Positions 1 to 8,830 of a stretch of DNA of 64,000 bases are shown here, one piece after another. The position numbers and the translations under genes are program-made. Under the pieces are notes generated by a model. It had not been told where the DNA came from. It did no database searches and worked only from the letters and a program-made list of their open reading frames with translations. The stretch is from NCBI GenBank assembly GCA_022711405.1, contig JAKLFC010000005.1, positions 134,278-198,277 of the forward strand, written 5' to 3'. Numbering within the stretch: the stretch's first letter is position 1; each line of letters starts with the position of its first letter. This DNA comes from Bacteroidota bacterium (GTDB taxonomy: Bacteria > Bacteroidota > Bacteroidia > Bacteroidales > JAGONC01).

Positions 1-2463
1 GTCCAGATCTGGCAGGGTGTGAGCAATAACGGATGCACGAATAACTTCGTTTTCACCACCGATGCTTTCGACGGACAGCATACGCAGGGTCAATGGCAGA
101 TTTATTTCACCGACAGCTACGGCGATGGAGGAGGAACAGCATTTGGTCTTAAGATCACCGTGGGTTACACGTATACGATCAGCGGCACATGGATGAACAT
201 TCCCGGTGCAACCGCAGCGACCTATCAACCGCCTGTTCTGACCGATACCACCATGTACAGACTGCATGTCAATGATTTCTGTGGTGAGATCTTCACCGAT
301 GAAGTGACCATCGACGTTACTCCGTTACCAACGGCAAATGCCGGCGAAGACGATGGATTCTGCGAAAATGGCACTTATACGCTGAATGGTACAGCCACCA
401 ACTACGGTTCGGTTGTATGGACAACGGCAGGTGACGGCACCTTTAACGATGCAGCCATCCTAAACGCCACTTATACCCCCGGCGAGGAGGATATTGCAGC
501 GGGTGATGTGGTGCTGACACTGACGGCTCATGCACTCAATGAGTGCCCGGATATTGCCACAGACCAGGTAACCCTCGAAATCGGGTTGTTGCCCACTGTG
601 AATGCCGGCGATGACGGAGCTGCCTGCGAAGACGGATACTACGTGACCCTCGGATGGACCACCAATGCATGGACCACAATGTGGACCACGAGTGGTGATG
701 GCTATTTCGAAGATCCGACATCCACTTTCACCAAGTACTGGCCGGGCGATGGCGATCTGGCAACTGGTCAGGCCATCCTGACGCTGACCGCTACCGCCGT
801 TCCGCCATGTACCACACCGGTGAGCGACAACGTAGTGGTGACATTCATCCAGAAGCCCACTGCCAACGCCGGACCGGATGCAACCATCTGCGGCACGGGC
901 ACGCACACGCTCAATGGCGCAGCTGCCCACTACGCAACGATCACATGGACAACATCCGGGGATGGAACGTTCAGCAATGTCCATATCCTCAACCCGGTGT
1001 ATACACCAGGTGTGAATGACATCACTACGGGCAGCGCAGTTCTGACACTTACTGCCACTGCGATCGCGCCCTGTGAAGGCAATGCCACCGACGCGATGAC
1101 CCTGACCATCATTGGTTTACCACAGGCCCTTGCAGGACCTGACGGAGCCGTATGTGCAGGAAACTCATTCGTGCTCACAGGAGCCACTGCCTCTCACTAC
1201 GGATCCCTCGTCTGGACAACCAGCGGTTCTGGTACCTTTGTCAATCCGAACGTTGTCAATGCAACTTACAACCCGAGCCCGGGTGACATTGCTGACGGTA
1301 CGGTCGTTCTGACACTGACAGCCTACGCCACACCTCCGTGCGGCGGCCTGGCTACCGACGCCATGGTTCTGACGATCACCACTCCGCCAACCGCTTTTGC
1401 AGGCGATGATTTCTCGGTTTGCTCGAACCTGACAGTGGTTCTTGACGGTACCGCAGATAATTATGCCTCTGTGAAATGGACAACTGCTGGAGATGGTACG
1501 TTCAGCAATTCCAACATTCTGGATCCTGTCTATACGCCCGGTACACTTGATTACCTGGCTGGTAGCGTACATCTTACGTTAACTGCCTATGCAGAAGCAC
1601 CCTGCGGTGAGAATGCTGTGGATGAGGTCGTGGTTACGATCGTTCCCAGCGCTTTCGCCAATGCGGGCCCTGATGATAAGATCTGTGCCAATGAACTGTA
1701 TCAGCTCAGCGGCGCGGCAGGCGGTTACTTCTATACGGAATGGACTTCATCGGGCGATGGCAAGTTCAACGACAATACGTTGCTGAACGCGACGTACGAA
1801 CCCGGTGCCAACGACATCCTGCTGGGTTATGCAAACCTGACCCTGACGGCATGGCCGATCGCACCGTGTCTGACCCCTGCCAGCGACCTGATGGTGCTGC
1901 TCATCGATCCTATGCCAGCTATCCCTGGCATTCCGACGGGTTCAGACACCGTTTGCGTGCTCACATCCGATACAACCTGGTTCTCTACCATCGGAGCTGA
2001 AAATGCCCTGTCGTATGTTTGGGATATCTTCCCGGCAGAAGCAGGTACCATATCCGGAGAAGGTACCATAGGGATTGTCGACTGGAGCGGTGAATATTTC
2101 GGACCGGTCTTCATTAAGGTCAAGGGCGTGAATGATTGCGGCGAGGGTGACTTCAGCGAGCCATTCGTAATTCTGGCAGATCCTTGCCCGGGCGTCCCCG
2201 GACAGCCATCCGCCGAGCTTACGGTACTCGTATACCCCAACCCGTCTGACGCCAGGTATAACCTGAAGATCACCAATATCACAGGTAAAATGGATATGTC
2301 GATCATGGATATTACGGGCCAGATCCTGAGACAGGAAGCTGTCAACAGCGTGAGCGGCCTTTACAAGACCGAGATCGACCTGTCTACCTATCCAAAGGGA
2401 GTGTACTTCCTGAGACTGCAGGGGGACAACATTTCCAAAGTGGAACGTCTGATCCTGCGCTAA
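1..2463 (+). CDS. Secreted T9SS cargo protein, 5' end cut by the window edge. It has six tandem ~88-aa Cys-containing repeats, one PKD-like domain and a T9SS C-terminal sorting domain.
   Basis: Frame 1 is open from nt 1; the ORF-track start at 19 is only the first GTG. Six repeats span nt 319-1908 with consensus ANAG-x-D..C..L.G.A.NY..V.WTTSGDGTF..Y.PG..DI..G.V.LTLTA..PC. The PKD-like segment carries the VNDCGEG motif (1909-2190). The tail VYPNPS...GVYFLRL...RLILR is typical of a type-A T9SS CTD. Confidence 0.8.
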   Translation, partial: VQIWQGVSNNGCTNNFVFTTDAFDGQHTQGQWQIYFTDSYGDGGGTAFGLKITVGYTYTISGTWMNIPGATAATYQPPVLTDTTMYRLHVNDFCGEIFTDEVTIDVTPLPTANAGEDDGFCENGTYTLNGTATNYGSVVWTTAGDGTFNDAAILNATYTPGEEDIAAGDVVLTLTAHALNECPDIATDQVTLEIGLLPTVNAGDDGAACEDGYYVTLGWTTNAWTTMWTTSGDGYFEDPTSTFTKYWPGDGDLATGQAILTLTATAVPPCTTPVSDNVVVTFIQKPTANAGPDATICGTGTHTLNGAAAHYATITWTTSGDGTFSNVHILNPVYTPGVNDITTGSAVLTLTATAIAPCEGNATDAMTLTIIGLPQALAGPDGAVCAGNSFVLTGATASHYGSLVWTTSGSGTFVNPNVVNATYNPSPGDIADGTVVLTLTAYATPPCGGLATDAMVLTITTPPTAFAGDDFSVCSNLTVVLDGTADNYASVKWTTAGDGTFSNSNILDPVYTPGTLDYLAGSVHLTLTAYAEAPCGENAVDEVVVTIVPSAFANAGPDDKICANELYQLSGAAGGYFYTEWTSSGDGKFNDNTLLNATYEPGANDILLGYANLTLTAWPIAPCLTPASDLMVLLIDPMPAIPGIPTGSDTVCVLTSDTTWFSTIGAENALSYVWDIFPAEAGTISGEGTIGIVDWSGEYFGPVFIKVKGVNDCGEGDFSEPFVILADPCPGVPGQPSAELTVLVYPNPSDARYNLKITNITGKMDMSIMDITGQILRQEAVNSVSGLYKTEIDLSTYPKGVYFLRLQGDNISKVERLILR

Positions 2464-2485
2464 TGTGACGCAGCGATGAAAAAAA

Positions 2486-2518
2486 GAAGGCATCCGCGAG
2501 GATGCCTTCTTTTTTTTT
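2486..2518. terminator. Bidirectional rho-independent terminator between the repeat-protein gene and tRNA-Lys
   Basis: Perfect 10-bp stem GAAGGCATCC / GGATGCCTTC with a GCGA loop. It is flanked by an A-run (2479-2485) and a T-run (2510-2518), so it reads as hairpin plus U-tract on both strands. Confidence 0.7.
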
Positions 2519-2519
2519 G

Positions 2520-2592
2520 TGATCCAGCCGGGATTCGAACCCGGGACCCACGGCTTAAAAGGCCGTTGCTCTACCTGCTGAGCTACTGAATC
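2520..2592 (-). tRNA. tRNA-Lys (anticodon UUU), 73 nt
   Basis: The reverse complement folds by hand into a cloverleaf. Acceptor GATTCAG/CTGGATC has one G-U pair. D arm is GCTC-AGCAGGTA-GAGC. Anticodon stem is ACGGC/GCCGT with loop CTTTTAA. T arm is CCGGG-TTCGAAT-CCCGG, with discriminator A. No encoded CCA. Confidence 0.9.
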
Positions 2593-2611
2593 TCCTTTTC
2601 AAAAAGGACTG

Positions 2612-2619
2612 CAAAAGTA
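2612..2619 (-). promoter_or_regulatory. Bacteroidota -7 box (TACTTTTG) upstream of tRNA-Lys
   Basis: The minus strand reads TACTTTTG, matching TAnnTTTG, about 20 nt upstream of the mature tRNA 5' end. Confidence 0.4.
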
Positions 2620-2684
2620 TAATTTATTCCATTAATTAACAACTTTGAAAGGGGAACTAATTTGATTTATGGCTGACCGGCTGT

Positions 2685-2771
2685 AAGCTTCAGGCTTCAA
2701 GCTTCAAGAATTAACAATTGAGGAATTGAATTGACAATTAAAGAGTTTAACAATTTAACAATTTGACAATT
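2685..2771. repeat. Simple-sequence spacer of AACAATT/GACAATT-type words
   Basis: The sequence reads ...caagcttcaagaattaacaattgaggaattgaattgacaattaaagagtttaacaatttaacaatttgacaatta. The same word family occurs at 22141-22185, 38101-38135 and 58068-58133. Confidence 0.7.
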
Positions 2772-3378
2772 ATATTTCCCCTTTCCCTTCCCTGATCACA
2801 AAGATCTCTTCCCCGGTACAATCCAGGATGGTGGAGGGCTCATTATCGCCATAACCTCCATCAATCACGATATCGACCAGGTCCTTGAACTTTTCATGGA
2901 TCAGCTCAGGATCGGTCGAGTATTCAAGGATCTCATCCTCATCGTACACCGAGGTCGTCATGATCGGATGACCGAGTTCCTTCACGATCTCGATGGGGAT
3001 CTTGTTATCAGGCACTCGAATACCAACGGTCTTCTTCCTGCTCTGGAAGATCTTGGGCACGTTGCTGTTGGCATTCAGGATGAAGGTATACGGACCGGGG
3101 AGAGACGCTTTCATCAACTTGTAGACAGAATTGTTCAACGGACGCGTATAATCCGCCAGATGACTGAGGTCGTGACAGATGAATGAGAAATTTGCCTTTT
3201 CCTTTTTGATGCCCTTAATTCGTGCGATCCTTTCAATTGCCTTACCCTGGTAAATGTCACAGCCAAGTCCGTAAACAGTATCGGTGGGAAATATGATCAC
3301 ACCGCCATCGTTCAGGCATTCTACTACCGTTTTGATCTGCCGTTCTCCCGGAGTTTCAGGATGGATTCGAAGCAACAT
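2770..3378 (-). CDS. tsaC: L-threonylcarbamoyladenylate synthase (Sua5/YrdC/TsaC family)
   Basis: 202 aa. The N-terminal motif FPTDTVYGLGCD and the overall YrdC-domain length and pattern match the family. Confidence 0.8.
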   Translation of the reverse strand: MLLRIHPETPGERQIKTVVECLNDGGVIIFPTDTVYGLGCDIYQGKAIERIARIKGIKKEKANFSFICHDLSHLADYTRPLNNSVYKLMKASLPGPYTFILNANSNVPKIFQSRKKTVGIRVPDNKIPIEIVKELGHPIMTTSVYDEDEILEYSTDPELIHEKFKDLVDIVIDGGYGDNEPSTILDCTGEEIFVIREGKGEI

Positions 3379-3398
3379 GGATTGATAACGTTAAAAAA

Positions 3399-3494
3399 GG
3401 GTAAGCTCCTTATATCGCACCGCTCAACCACCTACCCTTGCTTCCTTCCGAACCTGGGGGAGTTCAGCGGGAGCTGGTCGTATAAGACTTACCC
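3399..3494 (-). ncRNA. ffs: Small (4.5S-type) signal recognition particle RNA
   Basis: The minus strand reads GGGTAAG...CCAGGTTCGGAAGGAAGCAAGGGTAGG...CTTACCC followed by TTTTTT. The central block matches the conserved SRP helix-8 sequence CAGGUCCGGAAGGAAGCAGCC. The terminal helix is GGGTAAG/CTTACCC. A TATCTTTG -7 box sits 4 nt upstream. Confidence 0.8.
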
Positions 3495-3498
3495 TGTG

Positions 3499-3506
3499 CA
3501 AAGATA
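3499..3506 (-). promoter_or_regulatory. -7 box (TATCTTTG) for the SRP RNA
   Basis: TAnnTTTG match on the minus strand, 4 nt before the predicted RNA 5' end. Confidence 0.5.
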
Positions 3507-3544
3507 CGATTCCCGGAGGTTATTTTATTATTGAAAAGGAAATT

Positions 3545-3574
3545 TTTGATATGCATGGAAGTTTTTTACCTTTG
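3545..3574 (+). promoter_or_regulatory. Bacteroidota promoter (-33 TTTG, -7 TACCTTTG) for the DUF4199/glycosyltransferase/heptose cluster
   Basis: TTTG at 3545-3548 and TACCTTTG at 3567-3574 are 18 nt apart. The first ATG of the cluster is at 3642. Confidence 0.5.
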
Positions 3575-3641
3575 TTCATAAATACATCGAACGATAAAGA
3601 TCCCTAAAATAGTGAACAGTATAAATCTAAATACAGGAAAT

Positions 3642-4181
3642 ATGGAAACAAAACCACGCTCCCTATTTATGCATTCTCTGATCTACGGCCTCATTCTGGG
3701 TGCGGCCCTGATCGTTGTCAGCCTGATCTATTATATTCTGGATGTGAATATGTTCAGTATCGGATTCAGCATCCTCTCACTCGTGATTTCCCTTACCATT
3801 GTTATCATTGTCCTTGCCTTAGGGATGAATTCCTACCGGGACCGCAGCCTTTCTGGGAAGATCGATTTTAAACGATGTTTCCTGATCGGATTGATCATTG
3901 GCCTGGTCGGCTTTATCATTTCATCTGCCTACAGTCTGATCTTCATGACCTATATTGAACCTGGCGCCATGGAGGAAGGGATCAACGAGTTCATCGAAAA
4001 ATGGGGTGACAGGATGACGGCGGAGCAATTGGATGATACCATCAGCAAGATGCAGAAAAGAATGACGCCGTCAGCGCAGGTACGAACCAGCCTGATCAGC
4101 GGCGCCATCATTTCCATCCTCCTTTCCCTGATCGTTTCTGCCTTCATCAAGAAAGATAAATCCGCATCGGAGGGTATTTAA
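3642..4181 (+). CDS. DUF4199-like multi-pass membrane protein
   Basis: Four predicted hydrophobic helices. The N-terminus METKPRSLFMHSLIYGLILGAALIV resembles DUF4199 proteins that commonly sit beside a GT2 gene in Bacteroidota. I prefer ATG 3642 over the in-frame GTG at 3612. Confidence 0.55.
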   Translation: METKPRSLFMHSLIYGLILGAALIVVSLIYYILDVNMFSIGFSILSLVISLTIVIIVLALGMNSYRDRSLSGKIDFKRCFLIGLIIGLVGFIISSAYSLIFMTYIEPGAMEEGINEFIEKWGDRMTAEQLDDTISKMQKRMTPSAQVRTSLISGAIISILLSLIVSAFIKKDKSASEGI

Positions 4182-4194
4182 CAGGATTCCGCTT

Positions 4195-5154
4195 ATGGAT
4201 CTTTCCATCATCATACCCCTCTTCAACGAAGAAGAGTCACTGAATGAGCTGGCATCATGGATCGCTCGGGTTGTTGATAAAGAGGGTCTTTCGTACGAAA
4301 TCATTTTTGTGGATGATGGCAGCACGGACCGGTCATGGGCTGCCATTGAGAGACTGTGTTCAGAAAACAAATGCATCAGGGGCGTCCGTTTCCGGCGGAA
4401 TTACGGAAAATCAGCGGCGCTTGGCCATGGCTTTCAGGTGTGCTCGGGAAATGTGGTGATCACGATGGATGCCGATCTGCAGGATTCTCCGGATGAGATC
4501 CCTGCCCTGTACCGGATGATTATCCACGAAGGGTATGACCTGGTGTCGGGCTGGAAGAAGAAACGATACGATCCATTCATCAAGAACAGCACATCCAAAC
4601 TCTATAACTGGACCACCCGGCGCATGTCGGGCCTGAAGCTGCATGATATGAACTGCGGCCTGAAGGCCTATCGCCAGGAAGTGGTAAAAAGCATCGAAGT
4701 ACGGGGTGAGATGCACCGCTATATTCCGGTCATCGCTTACTGGGCCGGATTCCGTAAGATCGGGGAGAAGGTGGTTGTCCACCGCAGGCGGAAATACGGT
4801 GTCACCAAGTTTGGTATGGACCGTTTCATGAAAGGCTACCTGGACCTGCTGTCCATCACCTTTGTGTCGCGGTTTGGCAGGCGCCCCATGCATTTATTCG
4901 GTTCGGCAGGAACGGTCATCTTCATGGTGGGCCTCGTTGCCGCCGTTTACCTGGGCGCACAGAAGATTTATGATCTCAACCATGGCATCAGGGCAAGGCT
5001 GATCGCCGACAGCCCCTATTTCTACATCGCCCTTGTGGCCATGATCATAGGAACCCAGCTCTTCCTCACAGGCTTCCTGGCTGAGATGATCTCCCGGGCA
5101 GTCAGTGACAAGCCCCCTTATCAGGTTGCCGGGGAGACGGGTTTCGGGGAATGA
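4195..5154 (+). CDS. Family 2 glycosyltransferase, polyprenyl-phosphate glycosyltransferase type (Dpm1/GtrB/ArnC-like), with C-terminal TM helices
   Basis: The sequence reads LSIIIPLFNEEESL...VDDGSTD...DADLQD (DxD). Two C-terminal hydrophobic helices give the GtrB-like architecture. Confidence 0.8.
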   Translation: MDLSIIIPLFNEEESLNELASWIARVVDKEGLSYEIIFVDDGSTDRSWAAIERLCSENKCIRGVRFRRNYGKSAALGHGFQVCSGNVVITMDADLQDSPDEIPALYRMIIHEGYDLVSGWKKKRYDPFIKNSTSKLYNWTTRRMSGLKLHDMNCGLKAYRQEVVKSIEVRGEMHRYIPVIAYWAGFRKIGEKVVVHRRRKYGVTKFGMDRFMKGYLDLLSITFVSRFGRRPMHLFGSAGTVIFMVGLVAAVYLGAQKIYDLNHGIRARLIADSPYFYIALVAMIIGTQLFLTGFLAEMISRAVSDKPPYQVAGETGFGE

Positions 5155-5186
5155 CAGGTATTGCTGCCTGTAAAACCAACTAACGG

Positions 5187-6344
5187 ATGACGGGTAAGAA
5201 AAAGATAGTCATTATAGGACCTGCTTATCCGCTTAGAGGTGGCCTGGCCACCTACGATGAACGCCTGGCCAGGGAGTTCACCGACCAGGGCCATGAGGCC
5301 ATTCTTTATACCTTTCGTCTTCAATATCCGGGATTCCTGTTCCCGGGTAAAACACAGTACTCGACCGATCCTGCTCCTGCAGGTCTTGATGTCCGCGTCA
5401 GGATCAATTCCATTCATCCACTGAACTGGATCAGGGTGGGCAGGGAGATCAGCCGCCTGCGACCCGGCATCGTCATCATCCGCTACTGGCTGCCCTTCAT
5501 GGGCCCCAGCCTGGGAACCATTGCTCGCATCATCAAAAGGAACGGCATCTCCAGGATCATCACCATCGCGGATAACATCATCCCCCATGAGCGGCGGTTC
5601 TATGACCGGTGGCTTACATGCTTCTACCTGAAAAGCTCCGACGGATTCCTGTTCATGTCACGTTCGGTCATGAAGGACCTTGACAGGTTCCCGGTCACAG
5701 GTCCCCGCAGGTATTGTCCGCACCCCCTTTACGACACCTATGGTGACATCATCGACAAGGTTACTGCCAGGCAACAGTTAGGTCTGGATCAAAAATGCCT
5801 TTATTTGCTATTTTTTGGCTTTATACGCGATTATAAAGGGCTGGACATACTTCTGATCACTCTGGCGCAAGACCGCCTTAAATCCCTTCCTATTCGCCTG
5901 ATCATCGCCGGCGAGTATTATACCGACAGCAGACCTTACCAGGAGCTGATCGAAAGGCTCAGGATCGGCGACAGGGTGATCGCCTTCAATGATTTCATTC
6001 CCAATTCGGCTGTTTTCCTGTTCTTCTGCGCGGCCGACCTGGTGGTCCAGCCTTACAGGGATGCCACCCAGAGCGGCGTGACCCAGATCGCTTATCATTT
6101 CAACAAGCCGATGATCATCACCAACGTGGGAGGGCTGGCCGAGATGGTGCCCGATGGTAAAGCCGGCTATGTGGTTGAACCTGATCCCATGGAGCTGGCG
6201 GATGCAGTGGCTGATTATTTTGAACAAGACCGGGAAGCTGCATTCGTTTCCTTTATCCGTGAAGAAAAGAAGAAATATTCATGGAATAATATGATTGTTA
6301 ATATTTTTGCCGTTGAAGAAGAAATAGGTAAACTGAAGTACTAG
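5187..6344 (+). CDS. Family 4 (GT-B, Glycos_transf_1) glycosyltransferase
   Basis: 385 aa. The N-terminus reads GPAYPLRGG. The C-terminal half contains FFGFIRDYKGLD...E(x7)E-like region typical of GT4. The stop lies 3 nt before hddA. Confidence 0.7.
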   Translation: MTGKKKIVIIGPAYPLRGGLATYDERLAREFTDQGHEAILYTFRLQYPGFLFPGKTQYSTDPAPAGLDVRVRINSIHPLNWIRVGREISRLRPGIVIIRYWLPFMGPSLGTIARIIKRNGISRIITIADNIIPHERRFYDRWLTCFYLKSSDGFLFMSRSVMKDLDRFPVTGPRRYCPHPLYDTYGDIIDKVTARQQLGLDQKCLYLLFFGFIRDYKGLDILLITLAQDRLKSLPIRLIIAGEYYTDSRPYQELIERLRIGDRVIAFNDFIPNSAVFLFFCAADLVVQPYRDATQSGVTQIAYHFNKPMIITNVGGLAEMVPDGKAGYVVEPDPMELADAVADYFEQDREAAFVSFIREEKKKYSWNNMIVNIFAVEEEIGKLKY

Positions 6345-6347
6345 ATC

Positions 6348-7370
6348 ATGATCATCCGGAGTAAGGCACCCTTAAGGATTGGACTGGCAGGCGGCGGCAC
6401 CGACCTCGAAACGTACTCGGACCGCTATGGCGGCGCCGTTCTCAATGCCACGATCAGCATGTATGCGTACGCCACTATTCAGCCGCGCGAAGACGGGCTC
6501 ATTGTGATCAACGCGGTCGACCGGGGCATCGGGCTACGAACGCCGGTGGCAGTGGATATTCCCATGAAAGAGGGCCTTTACCTGCATGCCGGCGTTTATC
6601 ACAGGATCGTGAAGGAATTCACAGGTAAACCACTTTCGTTCGAACTGACCACCCTTGTCGATGCACCGCCGGGTTCCGGGCTGGGATCTTCCTCCACACT
6701 GGTGGTTGCCATCCTGGGTGCCTTTACCGAGTGGCTGGGGCTGCCCCTGGGAGAATATGACATCGCCCGCCTGGCCTATGAGATCGAGCGGATCGATCTG
6801 AAAATGGCCGGGGGAAAACAGGATCAGTATGCTGCCACGTTCGGGGGAGTGAACTTTATGGAGTTCTATAATGACGACAAAGTGATCGTCAATCCCCTGC
6901 GCATCAATGCATCGTACCTGAACGAGCTGTCGTACAATCTTATCCTCTATCATACCGAGGTATCCCGTTTATCCACCCAGATCATCGAGATGCAGCAAAA
7001 GAGCGTGCTGCAGCAGCATGCATCCTCCATAGAGGCCATGCACGGGATCAAGGAACAGGCGGTGATGATGAAGGAAGCACTGCTCAGGGGTGAGTTTGAA
7101 AAGATAGGTGCCATCCTGGATTTCGGGTGGCAGCACAAGAAGAAAATGGCAGAAGGGATAACGAACTCTTACCTTGATGAGATCTATGCGACCGCCATGC
7201 AGAACGGCGCTACCGGAGGCAAGATCTCGGGTGCAGGGGGCGGGGGATTCATGGTACTTTACTGTCCAAACAACACCCGAGGGGATGTTATCCGGGCGCT
7301 CCACCGCTTTGGCGGACAGGTGAAACGCTATGAATTTACGACGACGGGACTGACGACATGGAGAATTTGA
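6348..7370 (+). CDS. hddA: D-glycero-alpha-D-manno-heptose 7-phosphate kinase (GHMP kinase)
   Basis: The N-terminus RSKAPLRIGLAGGGTD and the GHMP motif PPGSGLGSSS are present. Its context with gmhA, hddC and gmhB supports the call. Confidence 0.8.
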   Translation: MIIRSKAPLRIGLAGGGTDLETYSDRYGGAVLNATISMYAYATIQPREDGLIVINAVDRGIGLRTPVAVDIPMKEGLYLHAGVYHRIVKEFTGKPLSFELTTLVDAPPGSGLGSSSTLVVAILGAFTEWLGLPLGEYDIARLAYEIERIDLKMAGGKQDQYAATFGGVNFMEFYNDDKVIVNPLRINASYLNELSYNLILYHTEVSRLSTQIIEMQQKSVLQQHASSIEAMHGIKEQAVMMKEALLRGEFEKIGAILDFGWQHKKKMAEGITNSYLDEIYATAMQNGATGGKISGAGGGGFMVLYCPNNTRGDVIRALHRFGGQVKRYEFTTTGLTTWRI

Positions 7371-7373
7371 AAC

Positions 7374-7526
7374 GAGGAGTTGTATCATACGAACTTAACC
7401 ACTAAGGAACACGAATGTCTACACGAAGGAACACAAAGTGTTTTTATTGGTTATCAACAACTTAGTGTTCCTTTGTGAAGTACTTTGAGTACCTTTGTGT
7501 TTAAATTGAATTTTTAATACAGCTTC
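7374..7526 (-). mobile_element. MITE-like non-coding repeat, copy A (inverted relative to copy B at 21035-21186)
   Basis: The reverse complement aligns by eye along its length with 21035-21186. For example, ttaaacacaaaggtactcaaagtacttcacaaaggaacactaagtt aligns with ttaaacacaaaggtactcaaagtactttacaaaggaacactaagtt. The ends are GA(A/G)G(C/G)TGTAT(T/C)AAA ... TGATACAAC(T/C)C. There is no ORF. It fills the hddA-gmhA spacer. Confidence 0.75.
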
Positions 7527-7550
7527 ACAAAAACAATAAATCAAGACATT

Positions 7551-8123
7551 ATGCTGATCAGTGGCATCATAAAGGAATCGATACAGGTGAAGGAGCAGAT
7601 CCTGTTGGACACCCATCTGCTCAACACTATTGAGCAAGTGGCTGCCCTGTGCATCCGCTCGTACCGTCAGGGAAATAAAGTGCTCTTCTGCGGTAATGGT
7701 GGCAGCGCCGCTGATGCACAACACCTGGCAGCCGAACTCTCGGGAAGGTTCTATTACGACCGGCCGCCTCTCCCGGCGGAGGCCCTGCATGCGAATACTT
7801 CCTACCTGACCGCCGTTGCCAATGATTATTCGTTTGATGAAGTATTTTCCCGGATCGTGAAAGGATCAGGAAAAGAAGGCGATGTTCTTATCGCTCTTTC
7901 CACATCCGGCAACTCCGGGAATGTGATCCTTGCCCTGCAGGCAGCACGGGAAAAAGGCATCGCCACCGTGGGCCTGACCGGTGAATCAGGAGGCCTGATG
8001 AAACCGCTGTGTGATCATCTGATCAACATACCTTCCAGCGATACACCCCGCATCCAGGAAGCTCACATCCTCATCGGGCATATTATCTGCCAGCTGGTCG
8101 AATCCAGTCTTTTCCCGCGATGA
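7551..8123 (+). CDS. gmhA: Phosphoheptose (sedoheptulose-7-phosphate) isomerase, SIS domain
   Basis: 190 aa. The sequence contains FCGNGGSAADAQHLAAEL and LSTSGNS. Confidence 0.85.
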   Translation: MLISGIIKESIQVKEQILLDTHLLNTIEQVAALCIRSYRQGNKVLFCGNGGSAADAQHLAAELSGRFYYDRPPLPAEALHANTSYLTAVANDYSFDEVFSRIVKGSGKEGDVLIALSTSGNSGNVILALQAAREKGIATVGLTGESGGLMKPLCDHLINIPSSDTPRIQEAHILIGHIICQLVESSLFPR

Positions 8124-8830
8124 GAACAACCGAGGCCATCATACTGGCGGGTGGCATGGGGAAACGGCTTCAACCTGTCGTTGCAGGGATCCCGAAACCC
8201 ATGGCTCCGGTCAACGGAAAGCCCTTCCTGTCGTACCTGATCGCTTATGTCCGCCAGTGGGGCATTACCCGTATCATTCTTTCCGTTGGTCATAAATACC
8301 AGGAAATCCTGTCCTTTTTTGGAGAGAAGCATCAGGATGCAGATCTTTTTTATTCCATTGAGGAAGAGCCGCTGGGGACCGGTGGGGGAATTCTCAGGGC
8401 CATGGAACATGTACTTACCGATGAGGTGCTGGTCCTGAACGGCGACACCATGTACAGGATCGGACTGGATGCGTTTGAGGATTTTCACCGGTCAAGGGAT
8501 TCAATGCTAAGCATCGCCCTGCGGTTTCAGGAACGAACGGGCCGGTATGGGCTGGTGGAGACCGACCTGCAGCATCGGATCACAGGATTCACCGAAAAAC
8601 CAGACAGGAGTGGCGGCGGATGGATCAATGGTGGCATCTATCTGATCAACACTGCATTCTATCGGAAGAACAGCCACGCTGAGCGGTTCTCCTTCGAAAC
8701 GGACCTTCTGCCCGGCTGCCTTCCCACCGGACGTCTCTACGGATACCAGACGGGGGGATATTTCATTGATATTGGCACTCCTGAATCTTACCTGAGGGCA
8801 CAGCATGAGCTTAAAGGATCTGAATATTGA
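8120..8830 (+). CDS. hddC: D-glycero-alpha-D-manno-heptose 1-phosphate guanylyltransferase (nucleotidyltransferase)
   Basis: AIILAGGMGKRLQP is the sugar-nucleotidyltransferase signature. There is a 4-nt ATGA overlap with gmhA. The context is an hddA pathway. Confidence 0.75.
   Translation: MRTTEAIILAGGMGKRLQPVVAGIPKPMAPVNGKPFLSYLIAYVRQWGITRIILSVGHKYQEILSFFGEKHQDADLFYSIEEEPLGTGGGILRAMEHVLTDEVLVLNGDTMYRIGLDAFEDFHRSRDSMLSIALRFQERTGRYGLVETDLQHRITGFTEKPDRSGGGWINGGIYLINTAFYRKNSHAERFSFETDLLPGCLPTGRLYGYQTGGYFIDIGTPESYLRAQHELKGSEY

Noticed and set aside
319-1908. Diversity-generating retroelement or other targeted hypermutation acting on the six-fold repeat protein
   Set aside because: There is no reverse transcriptase gene, template repeat or adenine-specific mismatch pattern between near-identical DNA copies anywhere in the window. 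The repeats are old and diverged at all positions.
3612-3641. GTG start at 3612 for the DUF4199-like gene
   Set aside because: The added residues (VNSINLNTGN) precede an ATG that gives the usual short cytoplasmic N-terminus. The ATG at 3642 was preferred, with low certainty.
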